From positions 48,632 to 112,631 of the forward strand of contig NIVC01003195.1 of the NCBI GenBank assembly GCA_002269645.1: a stretch of DNA of 64,000 bases, written 5' to 3'. The notes below the pieces were generated by a model. That model did no database searches, had not been told where the DNA came from, and saw only the letters and a program-made list of their open reading frames with translations. A program made the position numbers and the translations under genes. The stretch comes from Macrostomum lignano. Taxonomy: Eukaryota. Positions 24,901 to 36,384 of the stretch are shown here, one piece after another (within the stretch, counting starts at the first letter, position 1; each line of letters begins with the position of its first letter).

Positions 24901-27900
24901 TCAGTGTGACAGCTGGTGGACAAGCATGTCAATCAGTGTGACAGCTGGTGGACAAGCATGTCAATCAGTGTGACAGCTGGTGGACAAGCATGTCAATCAG
25001 TGTGACAGCTGGTGGACAAGCATGTCAATCAGTGTGACAGCTGGTGGACAAGCATGTCAATCAGTGTGACAGCTGGTGGACAAGCATGTCAATCAGTGTG
25101 ACAGCTGGTGGACAAGCATGTCAATCAGTGTGACAGCTGGTGGACAAGCATGTCAATCAGTGTGACAGCTGGTGGACAAGCATGTCAATCAGTGTGACAG
25201 CTGGTGGACAAGCATGTCAATCAGTGTGACAGCTGGTGGACAAGCATGTCAATCAGTGTGACAGCTGGTGGACAAGCATGTCAATCAGTGTGACAGCTGG
25301 TGGACAAGCATGTCAATCAGTGTGACAGCTGGTGGACAAGCATGTCAATCAGTGTGACAGCTGGTGGACAAGCATGTCAATCAGTGTGACAGCTGGTGGA
25401 CAAGCATGTCAATCAGTGTGACAGCTGGTGGACAAGCATGTCAATCAGTGTGACAGTTGGTGGACAAGCATGTCAATCAGTGTGACAGTTGGTGGACAAG
25501 CATGTCAATCAGTGTGACAGCTGGTGGACAAGCATGTCAATCAGTGTGACAGGCAGAGGGGGCCACACACAAAGCCGTGATGATCAGTATGACAGGCAGA
25601 GGGGGCACACAAAACTGTGACAATAGCATAGAAAATAAAACCCAAAGCCTCCCACCATCCAGGACAGAAACTGGCGATCCTGGATAAGCGGCTCCCACAG
25701 ATTGGAGTCCAAATTCATGTCCTTCTTCTGCGAGGCGCACGGCTGTCTGCAGAGCAGCACAACCACGGAATCTGCTTTAGCCGGAATGTAGCCCAGCAGA
25801 AAGACATTCTTAGATCCGCAGACGTAGCACTCCAGCTCAGTAGCGCCAAGCGGACTGTCCTTGTGCAGACTAACAGTCTTAGTCTTAGCCCGGACCAGAT
25901 GATTAACAATATGCGATCCGCTAGTATTGCCGCGGCCATTGCAGAACCATTTCTGTGTGGAATTGCACAGCACAACGCAGGCCGGATCGTGAATGCCGCA
26001 GTAGGCGCAGGCGTGCTCAGGCAGGTCGCGGGTGTACAACGCGCCGCCAGCGCCAACACCGACGGCATTCTCGGCGTCGTCTTCGTCCTCGAAGGTTAGA
26101 CCGTTCAGGTTCAGCGCGCCTGCGGCCGAGTCAATGTCGGCTACAGCCGAGGCCAGGCCAAAACCGTCCGCCTGGGTTGCATTAGGATGGATCCAATCGA
26201 TAAGGCAATTATTTACTATGCTTATATATTACTATTATTGATAAGTAGCAAGAAAAGAATGTGTTGCATCCTTTTTAAAATTTTGTGCTAACCCAGCATC
26301 ATGGGTGGTATTTTGGGACCCTTATCTTCTTCTAATGTCTAAGAATATACAGAGGTTAGATGGGATCAAAATCTTTAGGATTGGGCAAGATCATGATCTT
26401 ATCCTATTTTACAAAAGTTACTTAAGTAAGTTACACATTAGAGTTAGAGCTAGGATGGGATTCTAATCCTGATTCCAAAATTGAATAGAGACATATAGAG
26501 ATTGAGAATATATATTTTGATTATGAAAAAGCTTGTCTTGAGCTTTATTTTAGCCCTATCAATCATCTGAATATTAAATATTATTTTGAAACATAGTTTC
26601 AGACTTAAGAGATTAAGAAAAATTTCAAATTGCATCCTAAAATTAAAAGTCCAAAAATTATATTGTCAAAGGAAAAAAGTTTTTACTAGGGGTTGGACAA
26701 GATCTTAATCTTAATCTTGATCATCAAGATCTTGGCACTTTTTAAAATCTTGATATTGGTTTCAAGATCTTGAAAAAAGTCAATATTTGCAACTACAGAC
26801 TTTGTAACTATGATATTCTTCAGTTATGGCAACCACCCAGTTTGCTTCCTGATATTACTTTAAAGTTTGAATTAGTGCTGCAACATAGTACCATGGTATA
26901 AAAAATATCTGGCCAAAAAGGATAGGAAATGATATCAGAAAATCTTTTAGCCTCTAGCTCATCTACTACTTTATCACTATCTATTACTCTATCATTTTAT
27001 CTACTGCTCTATCAATTGCTACTTTTACTGCCCTATCTATTGCACTATCTACTACTGCAGCTATTGCTCCATTTACTTCTATCTAGTGCTCAAAGGCACT
27101 ATATTGTGGCACCAATTCAAACTTGAAAATAATATTGCAAAAGAAACTGGAGCCTTGCCAATATTATTATACTTAAATCATAAATCTCAAGCTCAAACTT
27201 TAAGCTCAATAATTAAAACAATCAAATCGTTTTTTATTATCATCACTGTATTATATACATTTAACAAGTAACAATAATAACATTGAAAAATAGTGCAAAT
27301 AATAGTGTAAATAGACCTACTAGATGCCTATAGTTTAGAACAGTCTATATATACCCAAAAAAACTATTTTTTGTATATGTCAATGTATGCTGAGTACATT
27401 ATTTAAGCAAAGCTTCAAATCAATCAATTTAATAACTGTATTAGTAGAATAGTGATTTTTATATTTAATTTCAATTAGATGAAGTCAAAATCTAGAAATA
27501 ATTGTAATTGTATATATTTTATGTTTATATATAAAAAGCAAAATTTGTGATTTTTGTTATAATTTTAAATCATTACCTTGTAGAAAAGATGGGAATGAAT
27601 TTTGCATCAAATAGTTCTTAAATTTTACCATTATAATGCATGGATGACTATTGTTACCATTATCAATAATATGATTTTTTAATTTTTGGTGCATATCATA
27701 GACCAAGATATTAAATTTGTATACCAAAAGCCCAAAATCACTTTTTGAATGCCAATATATATGCCAAATTTCTTGAGAAATTTTCACTATACATGCCTTC
27801 TTCTGGACTATGGCTAGATGCTAATTAGACTTAATCTTGAATATTAATTGAATTTTAATTATCTCAAAAGTAGAAATCTAAAGTCTTGAAAATCTTGAAA

Positions 27901-30717
27901 ATTTGATATTATCTGACCCTTAGAAAATGTGCTATTGGATTTCTATCTTCCAAATATTTGTATTTTCTATTCTGCAATTCAGCTGCATACTTTTCAGTTA
28001 ATTGACTCCCTTTGTCTATTATGCTTTTCCCTATAGACAATCCCAACTGTTAATTTGCCAGACATTTTAGCTACCCTTTGCTATGTTAATATAAATACAA
28101 GTTCAACTTGTGGCTTTAGCTTTAGCCTGTCACTTCTGTTTCTCTTCTACTAATTCTTTCTCTACTAACTGCTTGTTCTCATATTAGTTTATTGTCAACT
28201 TTGACAAATTGGTAGCAATGTCAGCATTACCATGGTCATCATGTGATTAAGAACTGACCTATCTAGCAACCAGATCTAATAATCCCAGAATTACCACAGT
28301 ATAGCCTCTATTAAAGTGGAGCAGCTGCATAGCAAAGCCAATGACCTGCTACCAACTGCTTCAGTAGCCACAACATCTACTCTTCCCACTGCTCCTTTTA
28401 CAACTTTGATCCTTGTAATAGCTCCCACTGCCTCAATCAATATTAGTGCCCTCTTGACTATAATGACTAATATGATGCAACAAACCAATAGCTCATGCAG
28501 TAGCTTGCAGCTAATGCAACATCAACATTGGCATTGGTCATGCTGCTTGCTCCTAAAGACTGCAATCTAGCTAGCCTTATTAGCTTGGCCATCTAATAGA
28601 AAGTCTAGCTACTAACTTTCAATAGCATGGATTAATTAAATTCCCTAGATTCTAAGTGGAATTTATTCACCATATTGACAAAGCCACACCTAGTGATATC
28701 TATAAGCTCAAGGCACTCTGCAGTCTTCTCTCTGGCTTGGCACTCTGGAAGCTTGGCGCACTCAATGTTTGCCAGCCTAACACTTATGCTAAAGCTTGCA
28801 GCATCCTCTTGGCCAACTCTGCCAATGCTTAGAAGAAGAAAAACGTCTTCTAACATTTTTTGCTCTCTACTATAGCTCTACCTCTAGCCTAGACAAGCTG
28901 GGGAATTTCACTGATGCTTTCTATCTCACCACTGGCTAGCTACTCCACCTAGGTAAGCTTGCTTGCACCTATGACAGCCATATTTACACACTTTGGAACC
29001 ACTTTCTGCTCCAGTTCTAGATCAAAATCTAAAATATCTGCATTGCCAATAAGTTATATCTTGTGCCTACCATGGCCCAGCTTCAGGGCCACCTCAATTG
29101 CAAGCTGAAAATGCTTAGCCACTTCCACTATTCCACTGGCTACACTTTTCACTTTTGCCAACCTTTTGGGCAATGCCAATTCTAGATTATCACAAGCCCA
29201 TAGTACCTGAAAGTGCCTATTTTTAGGTACCTCTCAACTTGACCTACTCTTTGCACTGATATTACATCTTGCTTGACTATGTAGCTTAGCTCCAATGTTA
29301 GCCAAAAGGGGAACTAGGAGTTTTAGTCCTTACTTTGACAACCTAGCACAAGCTACTTTGCACTAACAAGGTCTGCAATCCTAATGCCTACCTAAAGATT
29401 ATTTGCAAAGAGCTTATAGGTTTCGATCTCTAGGCTCAAATTGGACATTGCTAGCTTATTAAGGCCTTTGCCTCCAAATAGCTAACTGTCCTAGTTTATA
29501 TAAGGCTTACCTACTATCAACCTATCCAAGGACCTTTTCAATACCTTCAAAAGTGTCACCAATAGCATCTCAAAGATGTAATAAATAGTGTTTTGTTATA
29601 TGTATTTGGCAAATCTTAAAATTAAAATAGATTAATTAAAACACCTATAAACAATTTAAACATCTTAATACATGTCTATCTAGTATCTATTTTCTATATA
29701 GATATAAAACTTTCAAAGTGTGAGAAAATTTAAATACATACTATTAATTTTCCCTTGTTATTGAAGTGGCTATTACCAGAGTTATCCTCATTTGTTAGTG
29801 AAAAGGTATGAAGTCATTTATTTGCCACCTTATTGTCTACTGGCAAATGAAACAACTTTTCAAAAATAAAAAATAAAATATAGCTACATAACTTATAAAG
29901 CTATTTTTAATAAGATATTTTGAGCCATGCATAGATTTTTTCTATGCTGCTTTTTTATATGCATAATTGTTTATTGCAATATTTCAAAGAAATTTGATAT
30001 TTAATTTAAACATTTATTGAAAAAAGTTTTATGACAGGCAAGTTTATTAGTGAATTAGATGGCAGAGTAGTTTGCAATTGAATATGATTATGATTGGCTA
30101 GCTGTTGCGAGCATTGTTATGATCCCTGACCCTACCCCATCTAATTTAATGATAATAATGCTAAAGTTTATTAATAATAAACAAAAAGTTAGTATTTAAT
30201 ATTTTGTTAGCAGATAAAATGACTGCATTGTATTTTTGCAGACAAGCGTGGCAGACAAACTGGAAGCAGACAAAATAACTATCAACCATCAAAAGGACTG
30301 TTACTATAAAACAATAATCAATATGACAATAGAAAAATTGCATAGATTGCCTAGTAAAGTGCATTGATTGCCCTACCCCTATCCCCCATACTTTTTTCTG
30401 GTACATACTATGCTGCCTTCCTGGCTCTAGCCATGGCCATGGGATTAGAGTTGCCAATAAAGGTACTCTTTAGTATCCTATTTTGGCATTAGGGCCTACA
30501 TTAGGCTTACCTGATTTTGACTTTCCAATGTTGATCCAGGAGGTCCATGTGAAAATTTCAGAGCATCATTTTGAGAATATTGTGAATCTGCTGTGACTGT
30601 AAAATCTTTATACTCAAAGTCAGTTCCTTGTGTGTCTGCAGGTAAATCATCCGGGTCTTCAAGGTCAAAAAAAGTTAAAGACTGTGAATTAGGACCATAT
30701 GGCTTTGTTGTTGCCAT
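18904..30717 (-). CDS. UPF1: UPF1 / regulator of nonsense transcripts 1 (SF1 RNA helicase). Exons (minus): 30511-30717, 25656-26171, 23795-24493, 21354-22025, 20990-21217, 20160-20617, 18904-19569. The last exon has an apparent -1 frameshift near 19425
   Basis: N-terminus [23 protein letters not shown]; CH zinc domain [32 protein letters not shown]; Walker A GPPGTGKT; [22 protein letters not shown] and [11 protein letters not shown] helicase motifs; SQ-rich tail ending [14 protein letters not shown]. All junctions are GT/AG with matching phases. Confidence 0.97.
20665..20890. repeat. ~34-35-bp repeat (GAGACACAAAGACAGGAGCTGGAACAGGTAAGAG) in a UPF1 intron
   Basis: About 6 tandem copies in two alternating variants. 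Confidence 0.9.
22150..23790. repeat. 44-bp minisatellite (CAGGTAAAACACACCTGATCAGAACTGCCATCAAAGCCAGTCCC), about 37 copies, UPF1 intron 3
   Basis: Direct tandem copies that begin at the donor site itself. Confidence 0.97.
24520..25550. repeat. 32-bp minisatellite (GTGTGACAGCTGGTGGACAAGCATGTCAATCA), about 32 near-identical copies, UPF1 intron 2
   Basis: Direct tandem copies. Confidence 0.98.
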
Positions 30718-32084
30718 CGCGGCTGCTGTGATTTTTTTTCTAATTCTGAAACACAGAACAAGTCACAGATTGCTTTATTATCAATTTGTATAATAAAAGA
30801 CAACGTAGCTTAAAATAGAAATGTCGTCAAAAAGAGTTCTAGAGATATAGTATATCTCTCACTACTCGGCAAACTGAAATTTGTCCTTTTTTACTAGTAT
30901 AAACAAATCAATAAACCTAAAAATTGTAACAGAAAGCATAAATTGTCCTTAAAGTTAAAATATCGACAAAATCGTTTATAATATTTCTAAAGTATTCGTT
31001 TTTAATTTTTTTAATATATTGTTTAAATTTCGACTTTTGGCAGTTTTTTAATAATAATTCTTTTAAATGCGAATTTCTAATTGATCAACCATACGTTTAC
31101 TTAGAGCGAGTACACGTTTTCCCTCTTTTCTCTCCTTCACTCCAAATTGTGAAATTCCCCTCTCATTCTATCTCTCTCACACACTTTCTTAATTTCCTTC
31201 TGTTTCTGAAATATTATAGACTTATATTATAGACTTCTCAATATGTGGAAGTGTGAATTGAATACCACGCGCACTAGTCGATCTTTCCCTCACACACGCC
31301 GAACTCCTCATTGTTCACTTTTCTTACATTATAATTTAAAATAAAATATTTCTCAAAATTGGAGTCCATGAAAAATTGAGCTAAAGTTTCTAACTTTTTG
31401 TGAGTAAACAAATAATTCGATTCATATAATTAGTGCTTTAGAGAGCGTTGCTGCAGCGACGAGCCAATTGAAATGACTGAGATCTTTCGTCATCAGGGCT
31501 TCGAAATCTAAATCTGGAACTCCCTTCTGTATCACTACCACCGCTAAAAACTATGAACTAATAGTAGTTCATATGAACTGCTATGAACTAACTACAGTAG
31601 ATAAACAGATTCGGTCGGGCATAACTCTTAAACCTTATAGGCGCCGGCGGCGCTCATTTAATTAAACAGTTCTAATTCCATCTTCCTACTTTGACTATGA
31701 ATATCTTCCTACTTTACCTGATTGCAGTGATTAGCTGGCTAACTAACATGGCTTCGCATTTTTCAAGCCGGTAAAGTGATCGTTTCGATAACCTTTCGCG
31801 GCAGCTAGGCTATTTAATTTGAAGTAGCGTTCCAAAGGACTGCGTTCTGCTGAACCATTCAGTTTGTGTTAGCTGCTATAATCTCCATCTCGAACGAAAG
31901 AGAACTTTCTTGATTCAACCAATATCCTGGGATAGTGTCAAAGCTATCTTTGGTTCCATCCTTTGGGTTCTATAAGCTGCATAGCATCAATTCATTACTT
32001 TTCTGGCATGTAGCTCATATTTCCCCATCTACTAACAGTAGAAATATGAACATTTTGCTGTCTAAATTTGGGTTAGCGGCTTGA

Positions 32085-32138
32085 TTTCTAGAAATTTCCA
32101 GAATGAAGTCAGTGGGCAAGAAAATTCGAGAAGCTTCC
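32085..32138 (+). promoter_or_regulatory. Two perfect heat-shock elements (4 alternating nGAAn units each)
   Basis: TTC-ta-GAA-at-TTC-ca-GAA at 32086-32103 and GAA-aa-TTC-ga-GAA-gc-TTC at 32120-32137. Both lie just upstream of a TATA box and a small HSP gene. Confidence 0.92.
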
Positions 32139-32150
32139 TCAGTGCCAGTC

Positions 32151-32157
32151 TATAAAA
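32151..32157 (+). promoter_or_regulatory. TATA box (TATAAAA) of the small HSP gene
   Basis: Consensus TATAAAA about 13 bp after the second HSE. It implies the real start codon is 32280, not the ORF-track start at 32103. Confidence 0.85.
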
Positions 32158-32279
32158 GCGAGACAGCTGGATCCGAGAGTGAGGCAGGATTGGAGCACAC
32201 AAAGCAACCGCAAGCAAAGCAATCTCAAGCAAAGCGAATCAATCGCCAAACTCTATCATTTACAAGCGACACAGCAAGC

Positions 32280-33104
32280 ATGTCTCTGTGGATCGCACCG
32301 AGCAACGTGTACACGCCGTTCTCGCACTCTCTGCCGCTCGTGGCAGCCATGAGCGAGCTGGACGACTGGCTGACGCCGGAGTATGACCCGCTGGTGCAGC
32401 TGCTGCGGCACAGAGGTCCGAGGCGACCGCGTCAGTGGAGCCGGACTGTGGACCTTCGCGGCTTCTCGCCGAAGGACGTGTCGGTGAAGCGGGAGGAGCG
32501 GAAGGTGCGGGTGGTGGCGCGGCTGGAGAACGGCGAGGACGTGACGGAGGTGAAGCGGACGGTGGAGCTGCCGGAGGAAGTGGACGCAGAGAAGCTGAAC
32601 AGCGGCTTCACCCGGGACGGCATGCTGGTGCTGCAGGCGCCGTTCAAAGAGCAGCAGAAGCAGCAGCAGCTGAAGCAGCAGGAGCAGCAGCAGCAGCAGC
32701 AGAAACCGCAGGGCGACTCCGTGTGGGACGAGCTGCGCGGCCTGCTGCGAGGCGACCTGCAGTCTGAGGGGTCCGGCCAGCTGGTGGAGGCGGACGATGG
32801 CAGCAAGCGGTTCAAGGCGGAGCTGTCGGTGCGCGAGTTCAAGCCGGACGAGATTCGCGTGCGACAGCAGGGCGACTGCGTGCTGGTGGAGGCGGAGCAC
32901 AAGGAGGAGGCCGGTGGGCAGCGGGTCCACAAGCGGCTGGAGCGAATCTACCAGCTGCCCGACGGCACCAAGCTGGACCAGGTGGTGAGCAAGCTCAGCC
33001 ACGATGGCCGGCTGTGCATCGAGGCGCCGTTCGAGGCTCCGGCAGCTCGGGAGCAGCCGCAGCTGAAGGACGTTCCCATGGAAACGGAGAAGGCCGCAGA
33101 GTGA
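32280..33104 (+). CDS. Small heat-shock protein (HSP20 family) with two alpha-crystallin domains, p40/Tsp36-like, 274 aa, intronless
   Basis: Domain 1: VDLRGFSPKDVSV..KRTVELPEEVDAEKLNSGFTRDGMLVLQAP. Domain 2: LSVREFKPDEIRV..RIYQLPDGTKLDQVVSKLSHDGRLCIEAP. A Gln-rich linker joins them, and a C-terminal IXI/V-like DVPME motif follows. HSE/TATA promoter upstream. Confidence 0.93.
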   Translation: MSLWIAPSNVYTPFSHSLPLVAAMSELDDWLTPEYDPLVQLLRHRGPRRPRQWSRTVDLRGFSPKDVSVKREERKVRVVARLENGEDVTEVKRTVELPEEVDAEKLNSGFTRDGMLVLQAPFKEQQKQQQLKQQEQQQQQQKPQGDSVWDELRGLLRGDLQSEGSGQLVEADDGSKRFKAELSVREFKPDEIRVRQQGDCVLVEAEHKEEAGGQRVHKRLERIYQLPDGTKLDQVVSKLSHDGRLCIEAPFEAPAAREQPQLKDVPMETEKAAE

Positions 33105-33554
33105 ACCATTTTAAGGCAGTTTCAGTAGCTGCTAATGAAGGCATTGAATTGGCATCGCTACTTTAATAGCAGTAAAATTGGACTCATAAATTACTTTAAT
33201 CTTTAGTAATATCTGCCTCCATCATGTTATAGGCCGCGTACTGTAAAAAAGTCAGTAAAGTAGTATTCAAATTTGTGCTTTTAAAGCAGCATTAACCGGT
33301 ATTGCTAACGCTCTTTATGCTGTTTACACTCGTGCATATGATGCTTGCTACACAATGTATCAAATTTGTTGTAATCAATAGTTTAATTTGTCGCGTAAAA
33401 TACATTTTAAAATTAGCAACTAGCTAAAACTTTTTTCCATTCATCTGTGTGAGTTACTTAGTAAATAAAGTTATTGTCTGCGTTATTATTTTCTATCAGC
33501 AAAAGCTTTCGACACCCTACGGTTAAATAAAGCCTTCTAACCCCCAAAGTGCAA

Positions 33555-34680
33555 GCCCTCTACACCCTTCAGTAGGAGATCTGTACAGTGTGCATCCTCC
33601 AGTAGGAGTCCTACACCCTTCATTAGGAGCTCTGTATATACAGTGTGCATCCTTCAGTAGGAGTCCTCCTACACCCACCCCTTCAGTAGGAGCCCTCCTA
33701 TACCCCTTCAGAAGGAGCCCTCTTATACCCCCTCAGTAGGAGCTCTCCTATACCCCCTCAGTAGGAGCCCTCCTATACCCCTTCAGCAGGAGCCCTCCTA
33801 TACCCCCTCAGTAGGAGCCCTCCTACACCCCTTCAGTAGGAGCCCTCCTACACCCCTTCAGTAGGAGCTCTGTACAGTGTGCATCCTTCAGTAGGAGTCC
33901 TTCTACACCCCTTCAGTAGGAGCTCTGTACAGTGTGCATCCTTCAGTAGGAGTCCTCCTACACCCCTTCAGTAGGAGCTCTGTACAGTGTGCATCCTTCA
34001 GTAGGAGTCCTCCTACACCCCTTCAGTAGGAGCTCTGTACAGTGTGCATCCTTCAGTAGGAGTCCTTCTACACCCCTTCAGTAGGAGCTCTGTACAGTGT
34101 GCATCCTTCAGTAGGAGTCCTTCTACACCCCTTCAGTAGGAGCTCTGTACAGTGTGCATCCTTCTATAGGAGTCCTCCTACACCCACCCCTTCAGTAGGA
34201 GCCCTCCTATACCCCTTCAGAAGGAGCCCTCTTATACCCCCTCAGTAGGAGCTCTCCTATACCCCCTCAGTAGGAGCCCTCCTATACCCCTTCAGTAGCA
34301 GCTCTGTACAGTGTGCATCCTTCAGTAGCAGTCCTCCTACACCCCTTCAGTAAGAGCTCTGTACGGTGTGCATCCAAGGACTACTAGACTTGAAGTGCTC
34401 CTAGTGGTCCTTGTGTGCATCCTTTAGTAGGAGTCCTCTTACACCCTTCAGTAGGAGCTCTGTACAGTGTGCATCCTTCAGTAGGAGTCCTCCTACACCT
34501 ATCAGTAGGAGCTCTGTACAGTGTGCATCCTTCAGTAGGAGTCCTCCTACACCCCTTCAGTAGGAGATCTGTACAGTGTGCATCCTTCAGTAGGAGCCCT
34601 CCTATACCCCCTCAGTAGGAGTCCTCCTATACCCCTTCAGTAGGAGCCCTCCTATACCCCCCACAGTAGGAGCTCTGTAC
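33555..34680. repeat. Modular minisatellite built on a CTTCAGTAGG core with 3-4 recurring spacer modules (55-bp higher-order unit)
   Basis: The core recurs every ~25-30 bp, and the spacers recur rather than being unique. Confidence 0.9.
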
Positions 34681-35121
34681 ACTACACCCTTTCCAGATCT
34701 ATTATCTTACTGAAGCTACTTCTAGTAATAGCTCGCGCTAGTGCTTGTGCATGCTTGTTGTATTTGGTGTAAGATGAAGTCACATTCGCCGTGATGGGTG
34801 TTCAAATATGCAGAATTATCATAATTGAGTATGGTGTTAGCTACATGTACTGATTATGTTTCTAGCTACTTTATGTTTCTGATATACGAGCGTAATCTTG
34901 TAAAAGTACACTCTATGGAGCGAAATTATAGACCATTCTATTTATAGACCAAATAGTCTATGGTCGCGCAAGTATCGACAGACAAAGAATGGAGAACAGT
35001 CACCGACTCTGCTAAGGGAGCTGAGAGCCGAGGCCGAGTCTGCAGCCAGCTACCAAATCAAAGCTCTCTAGTGCCCAGCAGTCCCGTCAGTGCACTACTA
35101 AAGCGAATTCTGCCCAGAGCC

Positions 35122-35673
35122 ATGGCTAGCCGATGCAAAACTCCGTGCAGTCTGAATAGCAAGCAGCAGCAACCGCAGGAGCAGGAGGCGGCCAACCCGA
35201 TGCCAAAGCCGGGCCTACTGCTGCTGTACACGGAGCCGCGGCAGCCGAAGCCGCAGGAGCGACTGCCAGCAGGCAACTGTCGACCAGGCTGCAACGCTGC
35301 TGAACAGCAGAAGAAGGCCAACTCCGACACCAACAGGAAGTGCTCGTGCGCGATGCCAAATCCAAATTCTCCGCCGCCGCCAAAATGCCCACCACCGCCA
35401 AAATGCCCGCCGCCGCCGCCGAAATGCCCTCCGCCTTGCCCTCCGCCTTGCCCTCCGCCTTGCCCTCCGCCTTGCCCTCCACCCTGCCCGCCGCCGTCGC
35501 AGAACGAGGAGCCGAGCAATGCGGCCAACTCCAAACAAGGGTCGTGGTCGAGCACTCGACCGGCCAACGGAGCGACAAGTCGCAGTCAGGCGGCCAGACG
35601 CAGCAGTTTCAAGTCGCAGCCAAGCAACAAACGCAGCGTCAATCTTTACGGCGAATTCCCGGCAGAGAACTGA
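35122..35673 (+). CDS. Cys/Pro-rich low-complexity protein (PPPKC / CPPP repeats), orphan. Start probably at MASRCKTP (35122); the ORF is open from 34960
   Basis: Open frame with non-repetitive flanks and mixed codon usage in the PPPKC units. An acceptor-like TCTGCCCAG lies 4 nt before the ATG. No recognisable domain. Confidence 0.55.
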   Translation: MASRCKTPCSLNSKQQQPQEQEAANPMPKPGLLLLYTEPRQPKPQERLPAGNCRPGCNAAEQQKKANSDTNRKCSCAMPNPNSPPPPKCPPPPKCPPPPPKCPPPCPPPCPPPCPPPCPPPCPPPSQNEEPSNAANSKQGSWSSTRPANGATSRSQAARRSSFKSQPSNKRSVNLYGEFPAEN

Positions 35674-36384
35674 CACAGTGGCACAGCTGACCAATGCATC
35701 ACTGGCTGGTTTGACTGTATCAATGCAAAACTAGAAAGCAAAGGCAATATTCTTTTTAACCAATTGCAACTTTCCCCACATATTCTCTCTCTCTTTTTGC
35801 GTTTTCCGGCTCGATGCGCCGCGATTATAAAACAAAATAATTGACGACCGATGTTGGATTGATTTGTGTGGCATTGAATTTCTTTTTCTTGATGTCGTTC
35901 TGTCCCGATCATTTTCTCTGTTGAATTAGCATTTGCTTTAGTCCCAATACAAGAGTTCATGCACTGTGTTTAGGCCTCCTGCAGCATCAATTAGCATGAG
36001 AGTTGAATGAAAAATCAGCCAAGCTACAGAGAGAAGTCAAGAGAAGCTCGGATGTCGAGTTTCGGCGCAGCCGGCGCTGATTCGATTTCGACGTCGCCGG
36101 GGGGAGAACTTTTTTGGGCCTCCGTAGAGGGGATTAACTTGATTATTTGATTGGCATGAAGTACCTCTATCGGTTTTGAGTTTGGCAGAGATTTAAAGAG
36201 TTTATTTGCGAGGAAGTGATTTGCTTGAAGACGATTGTTGTTTCCTCTGAACCGTATTAAACATGATTTATTCACCTCTGTGAAGTTGGTTTATTCATAT
36301 TATCCCGGTCAGGCCGAGTGTTAAACGTTTAACTTTACTGCATCGTAAGCACACCGACGATAGAAGATACTCGTATGCTCAGTA

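Noticed and set aside
22150-25550. CRISPR-like appearance of the 44-bp, 32-bp and other regular arrays (also 33555-34680)
   Set aside because: There are no unique spacers and no cas genes, and the context is eukaryotic introns.
32103-32279. N-terminal 59 codons of the sHSP ORF in the track
   Set aside because: This segment overlaps the HSEs and TATA box, so transcription should start downstream. ATG 32280 is preferred.
32256-33002. Antisense and alternative-frame ORFs over the sHSP, and similar shadows over UPF1, MPP8-like, CD225 and the Cys/Pro gene
   Set aside because: They are shadow ORFs of GC-rich coding sequence with no independent motifs.
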